This document shows, in pieces, positions 1-8,411 of a stretch of 64,000 nt of DNA (position 1 is the first letter of the stretch; each line of letters starts with the position of its first letter). Where the stretch lies: the IMG/VR virus record IMGVR_UViG_3300035515_000158. One strand, written 5' to 3'. The notes under the pieces were generated by a model. The model ran no database searches. It was not told the origin of the DNA and was given only the letters and a program-made list of their open reading frames with translations. The DNA is from a virus (lineage: Duplodnaviria > Heunggongvirae > Uroviricota > Caudoviricetes). Position numbers and translations under genes: made by a program.

Positions 1-152
1 GTCCAAACTGTGGTTCTATTATAGAACGTGACTATAATGCATCATTAAACATATTAGAAGAAGGTCAAAGAATAATAGGTTGCCGTACAACCAAATTCAC
101 GCTTGTGGACTACCCAACTATGGATCAAGGAAGTGATTCCCCTAAAAAGTAG
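1..152 (+). CDS. tnpB: TnpB C-terminus (partial)
   Basis: Frame 3 reads PNCGSIIERDYNASLNILEEG, the Zn-finger end and RuvC-III RDxNAxxNI motif. A 2-nt deletion relative to the other copy shortens the tail. Confidence 0.85.
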   Translation, partial: PNCGSIIERDYNASLNILEEGQRIIGCRTTKFTLVDYPTMDQGSDSPKK

Positions 153-214
153 TGGTAGGTTGAAACAAGAAGTTAAAAGTGAACAAGTTTAATTTTGTTC
201 AGATTTTAATATAC
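1..214 (+). mobile_element. Right end of a TnpB-encoding IS element (IS607 or IS200/605 family), including the omegaRNA scaffold region
   Basis: Bases 21-214 are near-identical to the reverse complement of 63805-64000; identity stops after ...TTCAGATTTTAATATAC. Hairpins GAACAA..TTGTTC (181-200) and GGAA..TTCC. Confidence 0.85.
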
Positions 215-547
215 GGTTGTCCTAAATATGTAGGTGGTAATTTTGGTATCAGTTCAAATAAATTATTAAAACAAATTGATGATTTTCCTGAATATGTTGG
301 TGGACATATCGACATATCTTACAATGATTTAGATAGTCTTGAGGGATTACCTGAAGAAGTAAAAGGTGACATTATTTTAATAGGAACTAATGTTAGGTCA
401 TTTAAGGGATTACCAAAAAAGATAGGTGGTTGTATCAAAATAAGTAATTCAACAACATTGGATGGTAAAAAAGTTGATAAAAACGACATAATTGAAGAAA
501 ACCCTCACTTAAAACCCTCAGATATAAAAGTTTATGAAATTAACTAA
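215..547 (+). pseudogene. 3' part of an LRR-like repeat protein gene, 5' end replaced by the TnpB element
   Basis: GCPKYVGGNF / SLEGLPEEVKGDI / SFKGLPKKIGG repeats match the C-termini of the next two genes; the GTG start at 179 lies inside the IS end. Confidence 0.7.
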
Positions 548-2070
548 TGAAAACAATATTAGATAGAAAATCATTCCTAAAAGAAGCATTGTGGAAAGGT
601 GTAATTGACCGTTCCAAAAACAACATAGATAGAAAAGAAGATATTTTAGGTCAACATAAATTTACAGATAGAAATGGTGTCACTCACGAACATGGTATCT
701 TAGCTAACCCTGAAAATGACTTGTGTGAAACAGTAGCTAAGGTTATTTACTATTATGTGAAAAAAGGTGAGAATGTGGTTGACCTAAACTTAATTGACAT
801 GAGTGAAATAACATCAATAGACTGGTTATTCAAAAACACTATTGAAGAATTGGAAGAAACTTATAATATGTTAAAACGTGACATCTTCAAATTAAAAATG
901 GATGCTTCCGGTTGGGATATGTCATCTTTAACTGATGTTGATTATGGATTTTGTGGATTGTGGACTAAGATAGGTGCTGAAAAATGGAATGTTTCTGAAG
1001 ATTGTAATGTTAAGTTACATGATTTTATGACATCACCTTATATGTCAGAACCTCCTGCTTGGTGTAAATTTAGAATGTCAGACTGGATTGCTATGACCAC
1101 AGAATATTCTTCAGATGCAGAGTGGGGTGAAGATGATGAAAGAAGTGAGAAATTAGGTAAACCTTGTTATTGGGTTATACTTCAAAATCACTTTGACCTC
1201 CAATATTTACCTGATTTCATTACTATTAGAGAGATTAATGGTAAAAAATGTACAGGTGATTTAATTGGAGATGTTACTGAACTTAAATCCATCAGAAGAT
1301 TACCTAAAGTTTTCAAAGATGACCACAGAGTTATATTAAGGATTTGTCTTAAAAATATTGAAGATGAATATGTAGATTTACCTGCTAATATACATGAACT
1401 AATACCTGATTTCAGAGATAATGATATAGACATTAAAAAATTACCAAGAAAACTCGATTGTGGTATTACATTCAAAGATGAAAGTCAAATTTGTGGTTAT
1501 ATTCAAGAGGTTGTTGGTAATGTTGATGTAATTGATTTACCTTTAAGTAGTTTACATAAATTACCTGATATTATACATGGCAGACTTTTATTGAAAGATA
1601 TTACATCATTACACAACCTTAGAGGATTTCCTGTTAAAGTAAATAATTTGATAATAAATAATGTAACAAACTTAGATTCTTTTGATGGTTGTTGTCGTGA
1701 ATTAAGTGGTGATTTAATATTGAAAAAATTACCAAATATACTTAATTTATTAGACCTACCCAAGAAAGTAAAAGGTGATGTTGAAATTGAAGATTTGTTT
1801 ATACATGAATTATATGACTTCCCTGAAACAGAAGGAAATGTAATCTTGACAAATATGAAGGGTATAGATAGTTTTGAAGGATTTCCAGAACATTTATATA
1901 ATAACCTACATATCCAACACTGTAATATCAAATCTATCAAAGGATTTCCAAAACAAGTCGATGGACAAATTTACTTCTATGACACAAAATTAAATGGACA
2001 CCCTATTACGATTGATGATATTTTAGAAGTTAGTCCTGAATTAAACAAAGCAAATATTGACATACAATGA
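547..2070 (+). CDS. DUF285/BspA-like plus LRR-like repeat protein
   Basis: 507 aa; DLNLIDMSEIT and DASGWDMSSL motifs followed by about 22-aa LxxLxGFPxxV repeats. Confidence 0.7.
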   Translation: MKTILDRKSFLKEALWKGVIDRSKNNIDRKEDILGQHKFTDRNGVTHEHGILANPENDLCETVAKVIYYYVKKGENVVDLNLIDMSEITSIDWLFKNTIEELEETYNMLKRDIFKLKMDASGWDMSSLTDVDYGFCGLWTKIGAEKWNVSEDCNVKLHDFMTSPYMSEPPAWCKFRMSDWIAMTTEYSSDAEWGEDDERSEKLGKPCYWVILQNHFDLQYLPDFITIREINGKKCTGDLIGDVTELKSIRRLPKVFKDDHRVILRICLKNIEDEYVDLPANIHELIPDFRDNDIDIKKLPRKLDCGITFKDESQICGYIQEVVGNVDVIDLPLSSLHKLPDIIHGRLLLKDITSLHNLRGFPVKVNNLIINNVTNLDSFDGCCRELSGDLILKKLPNILNLLDLPKKVKGDVEIEDLFIHELYDFPETEGNVILTNMKGIDSFEGFPEHLYNNLHIQHCNIKSIKGFPKQVDGQIYFYDTKLNGHPITIDDILEVSPELNKANIDIQ

Positions 2071-2143
2071 GAAAACCAATATTAGATAGACAATCATTCC
2101 TAAAAGAAGCATTGTGGAAAGGTGTAATTGACCGTTCCAAAAA
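554..2143 (+). repeat. 67-bp direct repeat (554-620 and 2077-2143) at the 5' ends of the two paralogues
   Basis: CAATATTAGATAGA(A/C)AATCATTCC...GTTCCAAAAA, one mismatch. Confidence 0.9.
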
Positions 2144-3509
2144 TGACACTGTTAGAGAAGAAGATGCTATGGGACACCATAAATTTACTGACAATAATGG
2201 TGTTCATCACAATCATGGTGTATTGCCTGAGAATAGAAATGAATTGGTAGAGTTTATTGTCCAAATCACACTTAAACATTTGGATGATGAAAAAATTGAC
2301 TTAAATGACATAGATACAAGTAAATTGAAAAGTATTGCTTATGTCTTCCAAAAGGTATTTTCTGATTTGAATTATGGACATAGTATCAGAAAACCTAAAC
2401 TGGATTCTCTTGTCTTTGATACATCTGGTTGGGATATTTCAAATGTTGGTGCCTTAGAATTTGCATTTTATGATGTGAACCATGATATAGGTGCAGATAA
2501 TTGGAAAGTTAGTCCTGATATGTCAATGGAGTATGGTGATTTCAAATTCAGTCCATACTATCAAGACCACCTACCCAAATGGTATAAATTTGATATTGAA
2601 GACTGGGCAACATCAAACACCAAATCAAGACAAGCGGTTGAATGGGGTGATGATGATGAACGAACAAAAGAATTGGGATATAAGTGTTATTGGGTTAAAT
2701 ATTATGATCACTGTACTTTTTATGATATTCCCGACAATGTGCGAATTTTAGATATTAATGGTTCAAAATTCGATACTCCATCACCTACTGTTGATATTGA
2801 AAATCTTAAAACTCTTAAAAACTTCCCAAAGTCATTCAATCCAAAATCAAACATCTTCTTAAAAATTAACCTTGATAAATTCGAGGATGACCATTTTGAT
2901 GTACCTAAAGGAATAAAATACCTACACCCAAAAGATACAAATGATATTAAAAAACTTCCTACGATTATAGATTGCAGTATCATACTATCACCTAAACAAC
3001 TTGGTCATATCATCGAAGTAAAAGGTGATGTTCAACTTAGAGATGGTGTAACAACTTTGTCCGGAATACCTAAGAAAATTGGTGGTGGTCTAAACATTCA
3101 TAATGGTCTAATTACTGACCTTACTGGTTGTCCATCTAAAATCGGTGGTACATTAGAATTATATGGATGTGAACAACTTAAAACCCTAAAGGGAGCACCT
3201 AATGAAGTTGGTGGTAGTGTCATGATTAAAGTAACAAAACCAATAAATTTTGAATATCTACCAAAAATAATAGGTAATGATGAAATAATAATAACTTCAT
3301 ATAGTGGTGAAAACTTTATGGGACTACCTGAAGAAATCGGAACACTGTCATTAAAATGGTGTAGAATAAACTCTCTTGAAGGTCTACCAAAACACATAGA
3401 CAATCTTACAATAGAACAAGTAAGATTAAATGGTGAAGAAGTTAGGACAAAAGATGTGTTAGTAGTGTCACCTGAAATTGATAAAAGAAGTATTGATATA
3501 AGAAATTAA
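2067..3509 (+). CDS. DUF285/BspA-like plus LRR-like repeat protein (paralogue)
   Basis: 480 aa, colinear paralogue of 547-2070; LTGCPSKIGG and LKGAPNEVGG repeats. Confidence 0.7.
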   Translation: MRKPILDRQSFLKEALWKGVIDRSKNDTVREEDAMGHHKFTDNNGVHHNHGVLPENRNELVEFIVQITLKHLDDEKIDLNDIDTSKLKSIAYVFQKVFSDLNYGHSIRKPKLDSLVFDTSGWDISNVGALEFAFYDVNHDIGADNWKVSPDMSMEYGDFKFSPYYQDHLPKWYKFDIEDWATSNTKSRQAVEWGDDDERTKELGYKCYWVKYYDHCTFYDIPDNVRILDINGSKFDTPSPTVDIENLKTLKNFPKSFNPKSNIFLKINLDKFEDDHFDVPKGIKYLHPKDTNDIKKLPTIIDCSIILSPKQLGHIIEVKGDVQLRDGVTTLSGIPKKIGGGLNIHNGLITDLTGCPSKIGGTLELYGCEQLKTLKGAPNEVGGSVMIKVTKPINFEYLPKIIGNDEIIITSYSGENFMGLPEEIGTLSLKWCRINSLEGLPKHIDNLTIEQVRLNGEEVRTKDVLVVSPEIDKRSIDIRN

Positions 3510-3510
3510 A

Positions 3511-3538
3511 AAAGGGAACGAAAAAAATCGTTCCCTTT
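3511..3538. terminator. Bidirectional intrinsic terminator
   Basis: AAAGGGAACGA/TCGTTCCCTTT stem between convergent genes. Confidence 0.8.
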
Positions 3539-3542
3539 AATT

Positions 3543-5018
3543 TTACCACAATCCTGATTCAAATCCCATTCCAAAATCAATAGGTGAATATCCCATCGCT
3601 GTCACAATTCGATTAATCGGTCCCAACACCAACAAATCAAACATTCTACCCATGTCTATATCAATATCACTGGCTAAGTCCATTGGGAATAAACCCGCAG
3701 GATAACTAAAGGCTTCACATTGGGCAAGTGACATTATGTTTGTATATACTTCATAAGGTTTACCGGAAGTAGGTCTAATCAATTCAGTTTCATTATTCAA
3801 CAACTTATACTGTTCTGGGTTTCTAAGATAGTCACTTACTTTTACCTGACTTTCCAGTTTCCAATAAGTATATCGTTTTGTTGGTTTGATATAGACAACA
3901 CAAAGTTTATCACTATCTACCAAGACCGAATATTTTTTCTTGTATTTTTCATTATTATTCAACATATAGTTATACAAGGCCGCTCCCTGAACAGTTACCA
4001 TTGATTTAGGTCTTAGTTCTATTTCGTTGGTATCATTCATCACATACTGTTCATACTTGTTCATACCCTTATTAACACTAATTGTATCAACATTTTGTAA
4101 CATAAACTGTTTTCGGACTTTTGATACTTCCTTAGCAAAGTTATCAAATACAAAGTTTTCCTCTTTGAAAATCCATGTAACAAGGTCTGTCAGTTGTTTT
4201 TTAACCCAAGGTGAACTTGATGTTTGGGCGATTTCCACACCAGTTGCTTTAATCTTAGAACAACTATCATAATACACATTCGGTTCAGCCCATGTTACAT
4301 TCTTGATATATTTCTTCTTAGCCAACCAAATACCAGCTTCATTATATGCTTCCAATTCAAAGTCAAGAATGTTAGGTGTTTGGTTATCCTCAGCATATTT
4401 CTCATGTATCTTTTTGAGGAAGTCATGCATGAATACTCTATCTAATGTCAAACAAAACTCACGACCAGCAGGTTCAATTTCATCAATCTCAAACTCATAT
4501 TTATCAGTGTCAATCTTATCAACTTCAAAATAAGACTGAGCATCTTCTAATGTGGGATAACCACCCTGAGATACATACATGAATGATTTCAAATCTGTGG
4601 CTTTCTCAATTTTTGTCAATCGCCAGACATTGTGGTCAAACCAATCAGTCACATTAATGATTTGTTCATAAGAAGCATAAATACTGTCAGTGTCAATATA
4701 AACACTGATATTCTGTTTAATTGGGTTCTCATCCGAAATTTTGATTCCCATTTTTTTGTGGGTTTTTGTGTCTTTTTGCCAAACTTTCTGAGCCCACTTA
4801 TTCATCAAAACTTCCGCGTTCAAGATTACGTTCTTACCTTGCTTAGTAACTGACTCTGCGATGTTCTTATTATAAAAGTAGAACCCTGAGAACCCAAAGG
4901 CACCATATATTGAATTGATTAGAATCTTACTTGACATCTGATAGTTATTGTAAATGTCAGCTTGTGTTGCACAGTAACCAATTATCTTTTCAACTTTTTT
5001 TCGTGTTTCTTCTGTCAT
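3543..5018 (-). CDS. Family B DNA polymerase, C-terminal subunit (gp43B-like)
   Basis: Motif B KILINSIYGAFG, motif C YIDTDSIY, KKKY, KATGVE. Confidence 0.92.
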   Translation of the reverse strand: MTEETRKKVEKIIGYCATQADIYNNYQMSSKILINSIYGAFGFSGFYFYNKNIAESVTKQGKNVILNAEVLMNKWAQKVWQKDTKTHKKMGIKISDENPIKQNISVYIDTDSIYASYEQIINVTDWFDHNVWRLTKIEKATDLKSFMYVSQGGYPTLEDAQSYFEVDKIDTDKYEFEIDEIEPAGREFCLTLDRVFMHDFLKKIHEKYAEDNQTPNILDFELEAYNEAGIWLAKKKYIKNVTWAEPNVYYDSCSKIKATGVEIAQTSSSPWVKKQLTDLVTWIFKEENFVFDNFAKEVSKVRKQFMLQNVDTISVNKGMNKYEQYVMNDTNEIELRPKSMVTVQGAALYNYMLNNNEKYKKKYSVLVDSDKLCVVYIKPTKRYTYWKLESQVKVSDYLRNPEQYKLLNNETELIRPTSGKPYEVYTNIMSLAQCEAFSYPAGLFPMDLASDIDIDMGRMFDLLVLGPINRIVTAMGYSPIDFGMGFESGLW

Positions 5019-5021
5019 CTT

Positions 5022-5978
5022 TCAAATTTTGTTTAAACCTGTTTTTATTTTTTCAATATCAACTTTTCTCAATATCACAACATTATTATCTAACATACAT
5101 TGATGTTTCAATTCATATATATCATCCATAGTCCTATCATATGGATTTATCATTTTATCACCTTCAAAGAATTGATCACCTTTTACTTCATATAATTTAC
5201 CTTCTATTAAAAAGTCCGGTTGATAAATTTTCTCCTTTCCTTTATAGTAGTATTTGAATTGTATGTTAGGTTGATATTCAAAATTTAAGTTGTGATTGAT
5301 ACAATATTGATAAACTATAACTTCCCAACCAGAATCAAAAGTTAATCCATTATATTCAACTCGTTTATGGTGATACTTAGCATAGTCATTTGTCTGTGTG
5401 ATATTCTCCGCACCATATCTCTCTAAACAAGTTTTCTTTATCTTTTTAACAATTTCTGGTATTTTAGTGATGTATTCAGTTCCATATCTTTCTTTTATCA
5501 CTTTCTTAGCTTGTTTTTGAATTTCCTTTACTGAGAATGGTGAAGATGATTGTAATTTCTCACCATATTTCTCAGATAAAGTATTCAACCTTTTTTCTTT
5601 AATTTCATCACCTTTGAACTTATAAATGTTTAGTAATGATTTAGAACATGATTTCTGGATTTTCTCTCTCACTTCATTATCATTATTTGAACATTTCCTC
5701 GAACAGTATTTTGAGTAACTGTTATTGTGAAATTTTAGTGATTGTCCACAGGTTTTACATACAGGTGGAATTTCAATATGATTTACTAACCTATATAAAC
5801 TCTCTCTTAAATATTCTTTATCTTTGATTGAGAGTGAATTGTTATCATATCTATTAACCACATATGTATAAAACCCATGACTTTTAAGAACTGATTCTAA
5901 ACATCTTTGGGGGATAAGTTTACCTTTTGGAGCGATATAACTTAATACAACATCATCATTCAATATTGTCAAGTCCAT
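5022..5978 (-). CDS. Free-standing homing endonuclease-like protein (Zn finger, ERYG repeats, PD-(D/E)XK domain)
   Basis: CKTCG..CSRKC; E(K/R)YG repeats; DSGWE...YQPDF...YEVKG. Confidence 0.75.
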   Translation of the reverse strand: MDLTILNDDVVLSYIAPKGKLIPQRCLESVLKSHGFYTYVVNRYDNNSLSIKDKEYLRESLYRLVNHIEIPPVCKTCGQSLKFHNNSYSKYCSRKCSNNDNEVREKIQKSCSKSLLNIYKFKGDEIKEKRLNTLSEKYGEKLQSSSPFSVKEIQKQAKKVIKERYGTEYITKIPEIVKKIKKTCLERYGAENITQTNDYAKYHHKRVEYNGLTFDSGWEVIVYQYCINHNLNFEYQPNIQFKYYYKGKEKIYQPDFLIEGKLYEVKGDQFFEGDKMINPYDRTMDDIYELKHQCMLDNNVVILRKVDIEKIKTGLNKI

Positions 5979-7443
5979 TTTTTACAAGGTAGTCATTTAT
6001 TTCCTCATCACTTGCCCCATTATGTAACATATCTTTCAAGTCATACATATTTTGAGTATATTTGAATGATGTTTTCTTATATGACTTACGTTTGAAATAT
6101 AGGTCAGTGATGATTTTTTTTAGATTACCATCCTCTTTTTCATAGACCGCACCAGAAGCACAGACAATATATCCTTTATCTCTCCATTCCTGTTTAAGTT
6201 GTTCATCATCTTCTGGCAACATCTTAACCAAAGTCTCAGGTCCGATGTTGAACTGACGCATAATGGAAGGATACAGAGAACTATAATCATTACAGGTACA
6301 ATACTTATGTAATCCGGGAACTGGTTGTTTTACAAAGGCTCCCGCATATTTCTCACCCTCACTTTTCTTTTTAGGGTTTGGATCCACAGCAAGGACTTTA
6401 TTCTCAGCATGAAATCTTGAACGTAGTAGGTTTTCAGGAATATATGTTGTAGAGAAACAATCCATGGCTTTAATTCCACCCATCCAAGCTGTTGTTAGAC
6501 CACAAGTGAGAGCATTACATTTCTCATGGATTAATTTTACCAAACAACAGTCAATGGCGTTATAGTACACATATTTCTCAAAGTTATTCTCCAACATATC
6601 ATCAAGACTTTCCGCATGTTGAACTTTCTTAATACCACATATCTTTTCACCTATGGTATCAAGTTTATAGTTTTCATTTGTGTTCCAAGTCCATTTTTTG
6701 TAAGCTTTGAGATAATCGACCAAACCTACGTGTTGAGGTCTGTCATATTGTCCTGTCATTTTTCGTGAAGGTGATGACATGGTAACATCAATATCAAGAT
6801 TCTTCGCACGATTATATAGGTATCGCCAGTCATAATCTTCAAAATTCCACCCTGTCATCAAAGCCATTTTAGGAACAAGGATTTTGAAAAAGAAATGTAA
6901 CATATCATACTCTCTTTCAAAATACTTAAACACAAACTTAAAATGTCTGTTTACTTGTGAGAAGTGTTCATCAATGCGTTTTTGAATACCACTAATTTCT
7001 TTTGATGTAAGATTATAACCACCAGACAATACCATTACAGTATCATTGGGACAACAAATACCAATGACAGTTACAGGTTTATTAGGTTTTTCGGGGTTAG
7101 GTTTACCATCCTGAAGTTTGTTTTCAATATCAATAAAAAACATTTCAGGTAGGTTGTAGGAGAAAATTTCATTCTTGATTTCCTCATCATAAGAATCAAG
7201 AATTTCATAAAGACGGTACCGATTGAGTTTTTCTTTCTTCCAATCGATCTTGTGTTTGTAAACGGGTTGTCCATTCCAGTTCTTCATTGTGGTTGATTTT
7301 TCATCACCTTTACTTTTAGGTGCGGTCAACCACAAATACTGTTCTCGTTCGGGAATGTTGAACACCTTAATGTGGGTTTTCCCATCTTCTCCCCAATAAC
7401 TTACTTGGAGAGTTTTGTCATCTTGAAATACATCTAGTAACAT
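5956..7443 (-). CDS. Family B DNA polymerase, N-terminal subunit (3'-5' exonuclease plus motif A; gp43A-like)
   Basis: ExoI FIDIE, ExoII GWNFEDYD, ExoIII YNAID, GAFVKQP, motif A DYSSLYPSIM. Confidence 0.92.
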   Translation of the reverse strand: MLLDVFQDDKTLQVSYWGEDGKTHIKVFNIPEREQYLWLTAPKSKGDEKSTTMKNWNGQPVYKHKIDWKKEKLNRYRLYEILDSYDEEIKNEIFSYNLPEMFFIDIENKLQDGKPNPEKPNKPVTVIGICCPNDTVMVLSGGYNLTSKEISGIQKRIDEHFSQVNRHFKFVFKYFEREYDMLHFFFKILVPKMALMTGWNFEDYDWRYLYNRAKNLDIDVTMSSPSRKMTGQYDRPQHVGLVDYLKAYKKWTWNTNENYKLDTIGEKICGIKKVQHAESLDDMLENNFEKYVYYNAIDCCLVKLIHEKCNALTCGLTTAWMGGIKAMDCFSTTYIPENLLRSRFHAENKVLAVDPNPKKKSEGEKYAGAFVKQPVPGLHKYCTCNDYSSLYPSIMRQFNIGPETLVKMLPEDDEQLKQEWRDKGYIVCASGAVYEKEDGNLKKIITDLYFKRKSYKKTSFKYTQNMYDLKDMLHNGASDEEINDYLVKNGLDNIE

Positions 7444-7492
7444 ATTAATAAAATAATTTTAGGAGTCAGTTTAGAAGCTGACTATTTTGTCA

Positions 7493-7534
7493 TAAACATA
7501 ACAAATGTATCATCAAATTTTTTTGTTATGTTTA
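7493..7534. promoter_or_regulatory. Divergent pair of putative middle promoters TTTGTTATGTTTA
   Basis: Copy on minus at 7493-7505 towards polB and on plus at 7522-7534; the motif recurs upstream of many genes. Confidence 0.7.
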
Positions 7535-7557
7535 TTACAAATCGTTTTTAGTTACAA

Positions 7558-8118
7558 ATGCAAGATTGGTATGATGAATATACAGATAATGAAGAAGTAA
7601 AAGAAAAGAAAGTCTTACTTGACGAAAATGGTAATGATGTATATAAAAAGAAGTCAAGTGAGAAAACTGTTGAAGAAAGAATTAAAACTTCACGTTCATT
7701 AAAAATAAAACACAATAAATGGAATCAGGTAGATTACACAGATGATTATAATGATGATAAAATTGTAATCGACCCTAAAAATTGTCAGTTTAACTCAACC
7801 TATGAAGATGTTGAATTTGAGAATAGATTTCATGAGATAATAAAAAACTCTAAATACAAACCTATTTTATTAGGTGATGAAAAGGTGTCTATAAATTATC
7901 AAGTAATAAATGATATGGTAATTTATATATATGCCAGAATGAAACGGGATTATTCTCTCACACAGATTTTTGTTTTAATTTGTGAATATTGTGGAGTTGG
8001 AATTCAAGCAATGTGGAAAAGACTTAGTTCATATCTACAAATGCAAATTTTAATCGAGTTGAAAGAAACAAGTAAACTCCCAAATGAATTTTTAGAAAAT
8101 AATGTTAAACTTTTTTAA
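7558..8118 (+). CDS. Hypothetical protein, possibly a gp33-like late transcription co-activator
   Basis: C-terminal IFVLICEYCGV...KRLSSYLQMQILIEL resembles the gp33 helical core by eye; ends in a clamp-binding-like KLF. Confidence 0.4.
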   Translation: MQDWYDEYTDNEEVKEKKVLLDENGNDVYKKKSSEKTVEERIKTSRSLKIKHNKWNQVDYTDDYNDDKIVIDPKNCQFNSTYEDVEFENRFHEIIKNSKYKPILLGDEKVSINYQVINDMVIYIYARMKRDYSLTQIFVLICEYCGVGIQAMWKRLSSYLQMQILIELKETSKLPNEFLENNVKLF

Positions 8119-8129
8119 TTTTTTTAATT

Positions 8130-8360
8130 ATGTTAGAAAATAATGTTAAGTATTTCCAAGTGACTGTAAAACTTCAAGAAGAAACTGATAAAACTGACCG
8201 TGCTGGTAATCCTAAACTACGTAAATGGAATGAAGTATGGGTAGTTGATTCTAAAACTTCCGAAGAAGCTAATAAAAAAGTCCAAGAAGAATATGAGGGT
8301 TCTATTGCTGATTGGCGTATTGCCTCAGTGAAAGAAACAAATATCATTGGTATCCTTTAA
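8130..8360 (+). CDS. DUF4494-like small protein
   Basis: YFQVTVK...EVWVVDSKTSEEANKKV...WRIASVKET pattern typical of Bacteroidota and their phages. Confidence 0.5.
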   Translation: MLENNVKYFQVTVKLQEETDKTDRAGNPKLRKWNEVWVVDSKTSEEANKKVQEEYEGSIADWRIASVKETNIIGIL

Positions 8361-8378
8361 AAATGTTGTAATTATGTG

Positions 8379-8411
8379 AAAAAGGTCATCAAAAAATGAT
8401 GACCTTTTTTT
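8379..8411. terminator. Bidirectional terminator
   Basis: AAAAAGGTCATCA/TGATGACCTTTTT between convergent genes. Confidence 0.8.

Noticed and set aside
5019-5978. Group I intron or split intein in polB
   Set aside because: No non-coding space for intron structure and no intein terminal motifs; both halves have their own start and stop.
8092-8149. 17-bp direct repeat TTAGAAAATAATGTTAA at a gene end and the next gene start
   Set aside because: Short and AT-rich with only two copies; most simply a local duplication.
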